Of a stretch of DNA of 64,000 nt, positions 1 to 13,900 are shown piece after piece. The notes under the pieces were generated by a model. It did not search any database and had not been told where the DNA came from. It was given only the letters and a program-made list of their open reading frames with translations. The DNA lies in the NCBI GenBank assembly GCA_973851085.1, contig OZ316775.1, forward strand, positions 19,468,001 to 19,532,000, read 5' to 3'. The translations under genes were made by a program, and so were the position numbers. Source of the stretch: Ptychomitrium polyphyllum (taxonomy: Eukaryota). Every line of letters starts with the position of its first letter. The first letter of the stretch is position 1.

Positions 1-23
1 TAAAATTGTTACTTGGGTGACAG

Positions 24-530
24 TTCATTGGAGGAAATTCCCCCATTGAAGCCATGGCAGCTCAGCATCAGCGCTGGTATTGCTGCCTCTGGTGCAGCAG
101 TTGTCTCCCATGCTTTGGACACTGCGAAAACCAGGAGTCAAGCCACTGTTATTCCGAAGGTAATCTTATGAAGGTCCATATTGAGTTCACATATTTTCTA
201 TATACGAAGACATTTTGGAGTCGGCATCACACTCTTTTCAGTACTATTTTGTTCTTGGGGTTCGTGGTCATATATTGGGGATGAAGCATGCTTTTGAAAT
301 CGTAACCCTTGGTTGCTGAATTTCAGCACATCGCTATGGAGAGGAAATTGCTCAAGTGGGTGAAGCCGGGAAGCTGGCTTCAAAGAACAGCAGGTATACT
401 TCCTTTTGATCAGCCTATGCTTTGGAGGGGTTTGAAGATTCGAGCATTTCAACATGGATTGGCTGCTACTGCATTAGTAGGCACATATGAAACAGCGATG
501 CAATATTTCTTGCGCCACAGCAGAAGATGA
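24..530 (+). CDS. Mitochondrial substrate carrier family protein, last two exons (gene starts upstream of window)
   Basis: Exons 24-159 and 327-530 (AG/GT bounded, phase 0 join) give ...SAGIAASGAAVVSHALDTAKTRSQATVIPK|HIAMERKLLKW...LWRGLKIRAFQHGLAATALVGTYE...stop; contains carrier-like (P/A)xDxxKxRxQ and (L/F)xRG motifs. Confidence 0.8.
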
Positions 531-1574
531 ATACAAACTCAAAGATTACCTTTCGATACCAATATTTGATTGTGGACGGGAAGCTTGCATACCTTCACGA
601 CTCAGAGCATCATGTACACGACGGGGAATGACCTCAGCTGCGAGGGTCAACAAACTACGTGATAAATCACTTAGTATGAGGCGTTTCGGAGCTTATCCCG
701 TTTTTGGAGTACGACCTACACTATGGTACACTTGAGGCGGCGTTCATGTGAGAATGCGCGAGTACGAGTGAAAAGGCAGAACCCCGGTCACACCCAACAC
801 TTGCAAGGACTCTGCAGTCAACACTTCCGAAGACTGAACTCTAAACCTTGAAAGCAGTGCAGGTAGCTTACGGAGTGAAATTTGAGGTGAAGTGGTGGTT
901 GTCAATCTCACAGTTACAGCACCATTTGCTGATTGCCCACTAGGCAAACCCTAAACCCATAAATCTTGGAAGGCTCATTGTTGAAATCTTTCCAGTGCTG
1001 GACTCTGGAGCTTTCTTTCTCATAATAAAGTTGCCTTAGAATCTCACTTTCAACTTAATGCCCAAACGACATAAGCTAGTTCCAAAACCTGACACTTGCA
1101 CTAAATGAAAACTCTATCCACCTGCACTAATGCTCTTCTATGTTTGGGCACCAAGTCAACGTCGTCACTTGCCAGTGTCGTCGGTAGTACTAAAAACATC
1201 CTAACGAGTTCGTGTGCAGCAGAGTGGTGTTAATGCCTCCCTGTGACCGCCGAAACAGTCAACCAAATTAGAAACAAAGTAGCTAAGCTTAGAATTATGA
1301 CTGCTTTTGGACGGTCCCAATATTACCCTCTTTGGGCAAGTGATGAGTGCCCAATAAAATTAAGCCCTGCACTGTCACGCATCTTGATATCCCAGGAAAC
1401 CACGCTAGGTTCTGGCGCAGGTAGAATTCGTCCTCAAGCTCGACGAACGAAGTGGATCGATGGGAAGTCTCGTCGTCTCTCTCGGTTGTACGTGCTCAAG
1501 GTAGAAAGTTGGCTGTAGCCTGGAGATATGAAGTGAATTTGGAGAGTTGTTGTTTTTTCAAGCTGTGGGTTGTG

Positions 1575-2084
1575 ATGGCAAACCCAGTTTTGGTCTTGTT
1601 CGTGGCCTGTGTAGTGATTGGTGGAGTTCCAGTGGACGCAAAAGCGGAGAAAGAAGTGACTGAGCTCGGGATTGGGGTGAAATTCAAGCCGGAGAGGTGT
1701 GATTTGAAGGCGCACAAGGGCGACCTTGTGAGCGTACACTACCGCGGTACGCTTGCGGACGGGTCGGAGTTCGACAACAGCTATGGCAGAGGCCAGCCGC
1801 TGGATTTTAGGCTCGGCCACGGCTCCGTCATCGAGGGCTGGGAGAAGGGGATTCTTGGCATGTGCGTTATGGAGAAGCGGAAGCTGAAGATCCCGGCCAA
1901 GCTTGCCTATGGCGACCAATCCATCGCGCTCAGTATCCCAGCTGGAGCCGCGTTGATCTTCGACACGGAGCTCGTCGCTGTGAACGGGAGGACTGGCCCA
2001 GGCCCTAACGATGTTGTGGACGAGCTCCTCGGCGACCTGTCCACTGAGGACATGAAATTTGTTGACACGGTCGTTGCATTTTAG
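1575..2084 (+). CDS. FKBP15: FKBP-type peptidyl-prolyl cis-trans isomerase, FKBP15/FKBP2-like, secretory pathway, single exon
   Basis: ATG at 1575 gives a signal peptide (MANPVLVLFVACVVIGGVPVDA), then an FKBP domain: KGDLVSVHYRGTLADGSEFDNSYGRGQPLDFRLGHGSVIEGWEKGILGMC...KLKIPAKLAYG...LIFDTELV, with the Cys pair typical of ER FKBPs. Confidence 0.9.
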   Translation: MANPVLVLFVACVVIGGVPVDAKAEKEVTELGIGVKFKPERCDLKAHKGDLVSVHYRGTLADGSEFDNSYGRGQPLDFRLGHGSVIEGWEKGILGMCVMEKRKLKIPAKLAYGDQSIALSIPAGAALIFDTELVAVNGRTGPGPNDVVDELLGDLSTEDMKFVDTVVAF

Positions 2085-2384
2085 GTTCTTCTAAGTGGGT
2101 TCGCTCTATGTGCCGCTTGATCCGTTTTTGCATACTTGCAGTGTGCGATTTCTGTGATTTCTTGTGGTGGCATTCGGGAACAGATAGGATCAGTTGATAA
2201 TGAGGTTTAGGGCAACAATGCTGTAGTCACAGATTCTTCATTCGGTTACCTTTCCGACCTCAACTTCATAGTGTACAGATTTAGAGAAGGTTGATGTGCG
2301 TGAGAGGCTTTGACAATTTTACATGAGTACAACTTGAGATTAATTTCGCTGTTATGTAAGTATAATATGATTTTGTTAGGCAAC

Positions 2385-2442
2385 GATGTTGTTTACAGGC
2401 TATGCCTTGATGCTGTTTACAGGCTATGTCTTGATGTTGTTT
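2385..2442. repeat. 24-bp tandem repeat, about 2.5 copies
   Basis: gatgttgtttacaggctatgcctt / gatgctgtttacaggctatgtctt / gatgttgttta. Confidence 0.8.
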
Positions 2443-3537
2443 AGGAAGCGACCTGGGCCTGCTTTGAACATTTGCTATTGCAAGATAGCCTATACATGAA
2501 TTACAGATATGATTCTTCAAAGACACTAGTACTGCATTGCGTGCTTTTTGAACACTGTTGGAAGGTACATGAACTGCACAGATGACTCTTAAAGGATAAC
2601 ACTAACTGACTGCATTGAGGTTATCAACATTTGATAATTTGTGAGTGTACCTTAATGGGAGTCTTCTCTTGCTGTGTGGCTGACGCTGCATCTGTCGCCA
2701 TGGCGCTTTCTTCTGTTGGAAGGTATCATATAAGAGATGATGCCACCGATTCTTTGTGTTCTCCGTTGATTGTTCTTAGCTTGATCATCTTATCTGCTCC
2801 ATGTTGGACGCTCCATGTAGGCAGCGTCAGCGATGAGTCATGTGAAGATTTGGTTGTCTCTCACAGAATGCAGGATTTGAGGATTTTCATGGACGGTGCG
2901 GAAGTGAAGCCAGATCTTTGGGAGCCAAGGTATATGGTTTGGAAAGAGCACCTAGATTGTGTCTATGGCCGTTTAAGTTTTCGGACACACAAATGTAAAC
3001 TAGAAGTAGATACGGTTGGTTTTGATGGATGATCATGACATCATGTTTGGACGGGAAGGGAAGGGTTGGTTTTCATGTAGGTATAGAGAATCCTTCAACA
3101 TGTACAGATTTAGTGGTTGGTCTTTCTCTGAAAGTCTCTTTCGACACTCTCATTGTCTGCAGCATTTAACTTAGCTGTTCAGGAATTGAGAGGCTATCTC
3201 TCCTTTGAAAAGCCCTGTTCATCTCTCCAAGTCTGTCAAATCTCAGTTTGATAGATCTGTTGAAGAGTAGAAAGATTCTGGACATGACATCCCTTTCATG
3301 TCCTGCGCAGATGTGGACATTGCTGTAAGCATCTACATGTGCCTTCAGGATAAGGCACATCTTTGTGAACTCAAAAATACCTTGGCGCATGACCATGGAA
3401 TTAAACTTTTGTGTTTCTGCATGCTTCACTTTCTGTCTCCCATGTGTTCAATTCCATTGTCAAAATCTTGTTCCTATTCAACGGTTAAGGGAGTTTGTGT
3501 CCATAGTTACCAAAATAGTTTCATGCCTTCATGCCAC

Positions 3538-3626
3538 TAGCTCATTGGTTGAGTGCTATACTTTCCATTATATATGAATATAGCTCATTGGTTGAGTGCT
3601 ATACTTTCCATTATATATGAATATAG
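3538..3626. repeat. Perfect 43-bp tandem duplication
   Basis: tagctcattggttgagtgctatactttccattatatatgaata at 3538 and 3581. Confidence 0.95.
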
Positions 3627-6213
3627 TTATAGTTTGGTTGCACAAATAAGTAAACTTGGAACTTGGAAATCCATGCATAAGTAAAATCGGAGGTAATAAT
3701 TGGGATGTCATAATGACACTGTTAGATAATTAAAAATTTTGATGTCAATTTGCTATCATTTTGTAGTCAATTTGATGTCAAGATGGTGCTGAGTTAGTGT
3801 GGATTATGATAAAAATTGTTTTTTTTATTGGACTACATATCAAGAAAGAGGTGATTTTGATATGTACTTCAAATGCATGATGTCAAGAAAGAGCTTATTA
3901 TGTGGTCTTAGTGCTTTAGAAGATATAAATTATCATATTTGATATTTTTGTACTTTCTTGTATTTACTTTCAAACCATTTTTATTCAAATTTGACTCTTG
4001 CATACAATAACAATTCAATTAAATATGATTAATTCTTAAAAGATTGGTAAGATAGTATATAATACTTGACATTCTAATTATTAAGTTTAAGTAAATTTCA
4101 AGTAAGACCATTTCTCAAAACCAAAAAATGATAGTACTTTCAAATTCTAGGACGCCCTACAACCATTTATTATAATTATATAAGACTTAAGAAAAATGGC
4201 TTGTTTTTCTTGTAAACCTTCCATTGTTAAATCACCTAAAAAAAAATTTCTCATAAAAAATTGTTTTTTTCCATTTATTATTTAAAAAGGTGCTCTTGAA
4301 ATGACTACCCAAGAATTAATCCTTGGAAAAAAGATTGAAAAAACAATTGTTCCATCTTATTATATTAATGGCTTGCTATCATCTCTTGTAGCCTTGAAAT
4401 GCCCATGTCTTATCTTCCACAGGAGGTGTGAAACAATTCCCTTTATTGTGTAAAATAGATACATTTTGAAAGAGAATACAGCCTCTTTTCCTCCAGGGCG
4501 TCCTATGTACAAGGGAGCAAGTATGAATCACAACCCAAAGCATTCAAATTATCATTTCTCTGCAGCGGAATCTAGCCCCAGGAATCATGTCCTTCGAAAC
4601 AGAAATCCACACCTTTGCCAACGTAAATGATTGCTTCCGAAGCAAACTTGCCCTGATTTATCATCATTAGCTTGTTACTACAGTTCCAAGTCCAGACCAT
4701 GGGCTCAATCTTGAACTTGACAAAACTTTCAGCTTCTACTACAGTGCATGTCAAACCATACCAGGATAGCTTATACCAAAAGACAAGCAACACCATATAG
4801 TCCAATGAAACTGTCAAAATGATTGAAAGAAAGAATTGGATTCGCACTGAAACAGTTTCATTAGAACATGATAGCTAAGTGAGTCACGGTTGTCATATTC
4901 TTCTTCTGTTGATCATGACAATATCTGATAAACCGTGTCATATCTGTCACATATACAGGTGAATGTGGATGTGGAGATTACATAATTCTTTTTGTTTCCC
5001 TCGTTCAACGATACACTACTGGCCAAACTAGGAGAATGAAATGTGTAGGTTGTATGTGACTTTCTCCCCACCTTTCTAGGAATCGCTAAAAGTTGGAAAT
5101 AGGGGCTGTATCAAGGTTCTTAGATTCTGCACAGTGCACCTTGATTCTAAACTCCAATACTATTGCCGCAAACCATTCTCAAAAACTCCATTCTTAAGTG
5201 ATGTTTCTCCACATGAATCTCACCTTTCTTTCGTAAAGAGACTTGTGACAACTCAAACAATCCTTCACCAAGCTACGGTACTCTCCTTCTGTAATGCCCC
5301 TACTGATTTCCACATGCTAGATGCTTGAATTCCTTACTGTACCACAACTCTTGGAATGGCTTGCAAATTATTTGCAAGCTGTTCTTCAAAACTGATGGCA
5401 TCACGGACTGTGAGAAGGCTGGAATGTCAAATCCACGACTCAGTGTCTGATCTGTTGAGTGTACGCATTAAACTCACAAACAGTACTAGATTGTCCTCCC
5501 AACAGCTTGTCCCGCACAAATGAAAATTCGTTCATTCATATTGCAGGGAGAAACCAATACAAGCCGCCCATATACAATAGTAGTTATCGGTGATTCCACT
5601 ATACAATCGTATTCTTAGAGTCATCATCAAAGGTATCACTTTCAGAAGAAAAGAAATTAGTTTTAGCCCTAGAACGTGTCTCGTTTTGAGCAGTTACAGT
5701 GACCAGAGCAGTCACAGTGGCTCACGAGATTCCGAAGCTTGGGAAGATCGATCCAATAGGGGACCACTTGTGGTGCTGTCCTGCAATCCTCCAACAATCC
5801 CCACGTTTTTGCCTTGAATTCCGCTCCGTATCACCAGCCTCACGTTCTAGATCTCTGAATCTGGTGGCTGGTCTGGTGTGCCGAAGGCTCGGAGGTTGAC
5901 TGACGTTGCGCTTGATCGATATATCTAAGGTCGAGATTCTGAACCATTGGAGCGGAAGTGAATCTGGAGCTGGATCTTGAGTTCGAGGTGAGCCAGCATG
6001 GTCTGACTTTTTCTCGGGATTTTCGGGGGCCGGAGCCCTAAAGTATAGTAACCTACTTTGACGTGGAGTGAAGGGGAGATTCAACGTGCTAGCGGGTTTT
6101 GAGTTGGGAGGAAAAGGTAGTGAAATGTTGATGAGATGATAGAGGAGTTCGCTGGTTGGAGTTTGGGCCGAAGTAGGACTGTGGTGGTGAAATCCTGTTC
6201 GGTTTCGGTGACG

Positions 6214-8318
6214 ATGGTGCTGTTGATTGTCGCGAGCACACTTGCGCTCTTCTACGGTAGATCGCTATGTTCGCTGTTGACGTCCGCCCCTGCTGTGGCC
6301 TGGCTATTGTCCCGTGGGGAGGATTCTGACAAGAAGAATAATGTTAAGAAGACACCAGTTGTCGATTCTCGAATCTATGGCTTGGAAGATGCAGCAGGGC
6401 GGCGCTGGGCGAGGGCTGAGTTTTACCGCACCCACCCGAATTTTGATCACAATCGCGCTCCCGTATGTGCCTTCCCAACCCACCTTCTCATGACTCTCGT
6501 TGATTTACGTTTTTCAAGCAGGAACCGGCAGTTTCGTTGATTTGGTGTCTCATTCAGTTGTTTGGCCTTTGACGCAGCAAAGCGATGCCGCGAAGGGGCT
6601 CACTGTCACTGAGGTGCGACAGTTTCTTTCCTTTTTGATCTTTTTCTTTCACTTTTCTTTTCATGAGGGAAAACTGTGGCGTCAAACTTTCAGATGATGT
6701 TGTTGGGATTCAATGCACTGATTTTGAAGGTAACTCATTCCCACTTAATTGATTGCAGACGTATGTGCTAAACTCCAAGGGCGTGGAGGTTTTTGTAAAG
6801 AGCTGGGTGCCGGCAGATGAGCAGCTTCATGGCGTGGTGTTTCTCTGCCACGGTTACGGCGACTCTGTCATCTTCTACGCTGAAGGTGTAAAAAATTTAA
6901 ATGCATTCAAGTGCCTTTGCTCCCCATTTGCAAATCCATCCCAAACCTTTAATTATTTGTTTTTCTTTTTCTTTTTCTTTTTGGCAACAAAAGACTAAAC
7001 TCTGAATGCAACACAGGTGTAGCGCGGACCTTGGCACTGGCTGGCTATGCTGTGTTCGGCATGGATTATCCCGGCTTCGGCATGTCAGAAGGATTACATG
7101 GATATATCCCAAACTTTGACAAACTTGTGGACGATGTCATCGAACAGTACCGCATCATCAAAGGTAATCTATCTATGAGTTTACGGAATTCACCTTGCAA
7201 GCTTTTTTTAAATTTCGAAAGGGAGCCACTTTTACGTTGATGGTAGAAATTATGTGAAAGAAGCTGTTATATATTGTAGGTCGAGCGGAGTTGAAGGGAC
7301 TGCCATGCTTTCTATTCGGTGAGTCCATGGGGGGAGCTGTCGCCCTAAAAGCTCACCTGAAAGAATCCACCATGTGGGACGGTGCCGTTCTGGTGGCGCC
7401 CATGTGCAAGATTGCCGACTCAATGTACCCTCCTTGGATTTTAGTGCAAATCCTGCTCACTCTTGCCCGTGTCATTCCGAAGGCCAAGCTTGTGCCCGGC
7501 AACAACATCGCCGAAATCGGCTTCCGGGATCCAGAGAAGCGAAAGCTCGTAAGTTAACCACTTTTTTTTATTGCCATTATATTTTCACTCTGTCTTCACC
7601 TTTAGCATTATCGTTTTTCTCTACAAATAAGTGGTACGGATCACTTGATTAGTACAATTAGTCTCGATTAGTTCGGCTTGATTAGTATCTCTTTATCACC
7701 TTCGCCTCGAGTATCAGTCATTTTGCTGACAACACAAGTGGGTACTAAATTCTATGCATCAACTTTGCAGGCGGATGCAAATCCTGTTGCATATGTGGGC
7801 AATCCTCGCCTTGGAACTGCCGTTCAATTGCTCAAGATAACTGATCTTATCGAGAGCAAGCTTCAAGAGGTACAGCTAAAAGCCGCTTTTTTAACCTTCA
7901 ACTAAATCTACGAGAAATGTTTTTAAAAAACTTTCAAGGTTTCTAGATTAAGATTTTTGCTCGCATGAATGGTTTTAAGCCTTTGCTCCTGCAGGTTTCG
8001 TTGCCATTGTTGATACTTCATGGTGGTGCTGACCGAGTCACTGACTGTGCCATTAGCAAACTGCTGCATGAGAAGGCGAATTCCACTGACAAGACGCTTC
8101 GGCTCTACGACGATGCTTGGCATTGCCTGTTACAAGGAGAGCCGGATGAAATGATTCACGTTATTATGAAGGACGTTATCTCGTGGCTAGATGCTCGTGC
8201 TTCAACAAAGACATCGTTTCCGCAGCTAAGTGAGAGAGAATTTGAAGAGCGAGTGGCTGAGGCAGTACCCAATTTGATCAATTTTGGTAGATTCAATGTA
8301 GCTGCTCAGGCCTCCTGA
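6214..8318 (+). CDS. Monoacylglycerol lipase / caffeoyl-shikimate-esterase-like alpha/beta hydrolase (Hydrolase_4 family), 7 exons, N-terminal hydrophobic anchor
   Basis: Exons 6214 (or 6136)-6462, 6578-6613, 6759-6885, 7017-7163, 7280-7548, 7771-7869, 7995-8318 join in frame. Motifs: FLCHGYG, GYAVFGMDYPGFGMSEGLHGYI, nucleophile elbow GESMGG, LILHGGADRVTD (Asp), LYDDAWHCLL (His). Confidence 0.92.
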
Positions 8319-10996
8319 TAGTAAGTTCATATTGAACATTTTGAACAGGTAGAAAGGGTTAAGCTAGTGGAACAAACAATGTAATTAATCTTCTTGAAGT
8401 CGAAGACTTCGGAGCCAATTTGATAATATAGGTTTCTGCAGCAGCCTCTTGGGCATTTTGGTAGCAGATTATTTCAACTATTCTGTGCTTTGCACTGGAA
8501 GAATGGTTTGTTCATGTGATTGAGTTTTGACTGTCTGATTGCACAGCTGTCTGAATGGAGGTGATTTGAAAGTAGAGGCTTGTCTTGAGAGATAGTATTG
8601 GTGAGCTAGGAGAGTGGCAAAACATGTTATTTTCACAATGACATAAACTTATACATTTCTGGAAGTAATCTCAATGATTGAATCTTGTTCAATCTTCATG
8701 TCAATATGATCCATTAAATGTCTAAAAAGAAGGCACCGTAACTTCAAAGCCCTTGTTCAGGAAAATAAGCTTACTCTCGTTACCCAATGTTTAGAGATTA
8801 TGGTTTCAATTGGATGTGGATGTTGCAAGGGTTAGTTTCAATGTGATTGCAAATCTGGATATCAAGTGTAAGTGTAGTTGAGTCAGCCCATTGCGATGGC
8901 AACAGGAAGTCATCCTGAACACCAGGAACTCGGTTATGGGTGACAAGGATCCTAGTCCCCGTTTACAGAAGACCAAGAATTGATTTGCAGATTGAATTAA
9001 GAAGCATTATGTGAATTTGATTAGATCACCTTTGCTGACTTGTATATTGTTTCACAAGTCCTGAAATCATACACCGTGTATGATTCCATTCTTCCTCTCG
9101 TCTTTGAGCATCCTCTCGTTTGAACACACTTTGGAACTGTTTGCAAAATGCACTGAACAACAGCCATTCTTCCAACCACAATGACCCTTCCAATCCTAAT
9201 TTTTGTCTGTTGCATAAAATAAACCAACATTTCCCTAAACACCAAATGTGAATCTGTGTACTTGTACGGCCACAAATTCAGACCTCAGAGTTGGACGAGT
9301 TTCATAATTCATGATTCAAAAATCGAATGGAAAACACAAAATCTTTTCACTGTCTAAACAGCAATCTTCCGCAAAAGTTTCGACAAAACTATATACTACT
9401 TCTACAATGAGTCAATTGTAGTGCAAAAAAATCATAGTTCACTGGCGGCAAACTAAACCAACTCAGAACGACTCGCAACACGAGACAGCATGTTGAGTGT
9501 ACAGACAATTGTCTAGCCATTCCAAAATCTGCAACGGGCTTTCAATCGAGACCGGCAGTCATCCTCTGAGCGCCTCCATCCATGCCCGTCACCACCTGTC
9601 AGTGTAGAACACCTCCATGAAAGATGCGAATGCGTCTCGCGTCATGGTCTCCAGAGGATCTACTCAATACATCCAGTACTTTACCATCGTCTTCCCATCG
9701 CTTGTACGTCCAAATTGCAATGCGATCAGTTCACAGAAGCAGCCGTGCTCAAAAGGATTCTGGGATAAACTACTTCTACGTCGTCCTCGAGTGAACGTCT
9801 GCACACAGCTGCAACTAATCTGAAGTCAATCATTTGCATTACATGGACTTTGGCAACATAGCCACCACCGCCACCGCAGAACACATTGTCCTAGCTCCAG
9901 TGTCAAGAGCGATCACAGTCAACCTCGAGATCCCTGGCCTCCACTGGCTTAGGGATGGTTACAGCCTTTGAACTTGGATGTTCGCATAAATCCATTGTTC
10001 ATTAACCCATTCCTGCTGCCTCGATGCTCAAGTTGCCATCGTCTTCATATACTGTGCTGGTTACAAGAACAACCCTGCTTCGTAAAGGAATGAATTTTAG
10101 AGGAGAGTCAAGAACAAGAGTGTGAAGAATTCTTACATTACGAGAAATGGCCACATTTAAGACAAATTCATTCCTTTAGTGGCACACGGAGGGATGGTGG
10201 AAAAGCTGTTTAAGCTAGCATTACGTGTATGGTTCAGCTGTTCTTTGTTCATTTCAAGAGAGGGGAGAACAACGATGGACAGAGAAGGGTATCTACAATG
10301 AGCGGGGGCATACATTCGTGCTCTCCGCCACCATTACCAGGCGTGAGATAAATAAACCCCCTTAAATGGATGGCTTAAGTATTCCATACACGGTCTGAAA
10401 TTGTTGTACAAAAAGAACAGTGGCCAAGAATCATTAGGCCAAGGCGATTTAGCTTCCAACTGCAGCATTCAAAGATTATGTCACAATTTGCTATATTGTG
10501 ACGTACATAAATAATCTTTCACCGCTCTTGTCAACAAAAGAGGATATTGACTTCCAACATTTAGGATACAGCCGATACAGTAGAAGAACCAGGTTTAATA
10601 TTTCTAAACTAAAGCTTAAAAACACAAAGAGCTTTGCACACCAAAATATTATTTGACCAAAAAACATCAACAAGCAATGTTGTAGGTACACTTTACAAAA
10701 ACAAGGTAGTGATGCAATACAACTGTACCTGCTACATTCTAAATGTTGAATAGATGAAAAACCAGAGATAGCAGAAGTGCTTAAAAATATTGTTGAAAAC
10801 TACAACACATACTACATTAATAAGCAATAGTAAAGTTTGACACAAAAGAAACCATGCAAAGATAATGCCAATTATCCCTCTTACAGAAGAGAGTTAAAAG
10901 TCCTGCAACAAGAATCCAAATAAAAGGCAATCACTTAAAAAAAAAAACATGGACAATATATTTTGTGAATGCACAAGCTTTGTAAGAAGGAAAAAG

Positions 10997-13900
10997 TATT
11001 ACAAATAGAGTAATAATAAGGCAAAGCTTCAAGACTTTAGGATATGGAATAAAATATTTTTAAGGTATATTAAAAGCAAAGAAGTATAACAAGATATACA
11101 AATAAGATTAGGAGGTCTGAGTTAGACCACAAGAGATGTATTGTCAAGAACAAAGATCTCTTAAGCCTCGAATCCAATATATATTATAATTACAAGCTTT
11201 GGAAGCTTCTTGAGAAGCTTTTAGTATGATGCTTTGTACTCAACAGTGTTATGGATACAAGAAATAAGAAGCAGAAACGAAGTATTTCTCAAGAATTAGC
11301 TTTCAAAGAGTTAATGATTAACAAGAATTTAATACAAAGACTAGAATAAGGCAAGATATAGATGATCCACAACTTGTGTTGGCAAGAATAAGAAATACCT
11401 TGTCTTGCCTTCTATTTATACTATGACGTTTGTATCTCCTAGGATACTTCTAAAACAGCTTCCTACAAGCCTTAAGAATGTTCTAGAAGTCTATGGAACC
11501 TTTCTTGGAAATTTTTCAAGCTAGTAGAATCTTTTTAGGAAGTTTCCTAAAAAACAAGAACTTTCTCAGGAAGTTTCCTGAAATAATAGAACCTTCCTAG
11601 GAAATCTCATGAGGTGGTAGAATCTTCCTAGAAAGTTTCCTGAGGTGGTGAAACTTTCTTAAGAAGTTTCCTAAGATGAATGGAATCTTCCTAGGGAATT
11701 TCTTAAGGTAGTGGAACTTTCCTAGGAAAATTTCCTAAAACGTAGAAACGGCTATGGAGACATTTGAAAGTATTATAAGAAGCTACTACAATATATCAAA
11801 AGATTCTAAAAGTTATGTTACATGATCTATGTCCGGGATATCACCTTCCTATTTAGCGACAAATCCCATGAAGAGCTTTTTTTGCAGCTTGCTAATTATA
11901 TCTCGACAAATTCTAAAATCTGTCGAAGAAGTGAAGCAACATATTTTGCTTGTTGTTCTTTGTTGACTAATTCAATTGGTTCTTGCAAGAAACGCCAATG
12001 ACTACTAGCCAAGACTTCTATTGTTGAAATGTCTCAACCCAAGATCTGATCTTGATTAAGTCCTTCAAAACCTCTCTTCTTATACTTGTCTATGAAGGAA
12101 AAACTTCTCTGCAAAGCTAACGGTTACTTGATAACATGTCATTACTGACTTGGTTTCTAAGGATATCTCTGATGAAATTTACGTACCTTCTCAAATGCAT
12201 TTGTTATGTCCATCGAGGGTTTCCTTATTCAGTAATTGATGCCATTTCCTTGCCAATGTATAAGGTACTCCACACGTCCATTCTTGATGCATGAATTTAA
12301 GATCTCTTCAACTTTATACTCCATTTCATTATTGATTTTAGCGAAAGAGGCGGAAGGACAACTCTCTCTAATATACATGACTTGTTCTAGGTTTCCAACA
12401 ATAATACGTGGAACACTTGATGAAAGTGCATGCTTGGTGGTAGCTTTAGGTGATAATTGACCGGATTTATTTGTTTGCTGATTTCAAATGGTTCCAGCTT
12501 TTGATAGTCAAACTTCTTCAACGCTCTTTTTGTTTGTATATTTTGTCGTAGGAGCCATATGCTATCTCCAACCTTAAACTTTGGATGTGCTCATTGATTT
12601 TCATGCGCAGCAACTAGAATAGAGCCCTCAAAAAGTTGGTAATGCACTATGGCCTTTGATCGGATACAATATTATCTGGTAGTCCATGTATGCGGTAGAT
12701 GTGATTTAGAAACAATTTGGCAGTTTCTTCTCCCATTACCGTCTTATTGCAAGGAATGAAATGTGCTATTTTGGTTAACCAATCCACCACTATTAAAATA
12801 AAATCTTTAGAATTGGAGTTTAGAAAGTCTAAAATATAATCCATTAATAATGACAACCATGGGCTCTTTGGCACTGGAAGCGGATGAAAGAGACCATGAG
12901 GTTGGTGTCTTGGTATGTTGGCCTTTGCACAAGTGTTGCATGATCAAACAAAATCCTTCACGTAGTTCCACATTTGCAGCTACCAATAATCTCTAGTAAT
13001 CAACTCCATTATTTTATTGAATTTAAAATGCCTTGCTGCTAGAAAATCATGACGTGCTTGAAGGATCTTTGCAAAGGGCCTGGAAGTAGGTACAAAAGTC
13101 CTTTATAATAAAACAGGGCTTCTTGGAATTCAAAGTCTTCATCGCTATTTGAAGGATCTCTATTGTTGATGAGGCGCTTCCTTATATTTTAAACAAAGAC
13201 ATCATTCTTTAAAGCCTTCCAAATTTTGTCAAGATGGGATGTTGTCGTAATAATTGCTGCTTTCAATTGGAGATTCTGTGGCTTCAATAAAATAACCCTT
13301 TGTTGATCCAAAACATCATCTCTAAGTTGAGGAGCTAAATAAGTTCTTTGAGATAAGGCACTTGACTTACCTTGTAGATTACTAGATCGATAAGTAATAG
13401 CAAAGTCAAATTTGGAAAACGACATATTTCAACTTGCTTGATGGCGATTCAAAACGAATGCACTCATGAAGTATTCTAAATTCTTATGGTCTGTATATAT
13501 TGTGATGGTATGTTGAGTTCCTTCCAATAAATATTGCCATTCTTCAAATGCATCCACAATTGCAAGTAGTTCTTTATTAAGTATATCATAATTGATCTTT
13601 GCGGCTGAGAACCTCCTTGAACGAAAGGTAAGAAGGTGAAGTCTCTTGTCTTCATCATATTATGAGAATATTGAGCCAAACGCAAAATATATTTGCATCC
13701 AAATAGAAAGGCTTTGATGGATTTGGATGAATAAAGATTGAAGCCAACGTGAATGACTTCTTAAGACCTTGAAGTGCTTTTTCCGCCTCTTCATTCCAAG
13801 GGAATTTTTGCTTCTCCGTAAAACGTGTTCATGGTGCCGCAATTTTGGAATAATCCTTGATGAATATCCTGTAGAAGTTTACAAATTTCAAGAAGCATTG

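Noticed and set aside
1434..1919. 161-aa minus-strand ORF
   Set aside because: Antisense shadow of the GC-rich FKBP coding sequence; no recognisable motifs.
5359..5379. Perfect 10-bp-arm inverted repeat gcttgcaaat-t-atttgcaagc
   Set aside because: Single short palindrome with no supporting context; could arise by chance.
2631..5460. Several 60-130 aa ORFs between the FKBP and MAGL genes
   Set aside because: No domain signatures or consistent exon chain found.
9400..10330. CG-retaining island that might be a gene, miRNA or TAS locus
   Set aside because: The frames I translated are broken and have no recognisable domain. I saw no conserved miRNA, miR390 site or long hairpin by eye; folding and searches were not possible.
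11490..11745. Regular ~31-bp palindromic repeats resembling a CRISPR array
   Set aside because: Contiguous degenerate subrepeats without unique spacers, inside LTRs of a eukaryotic retroelement; no cas genes.
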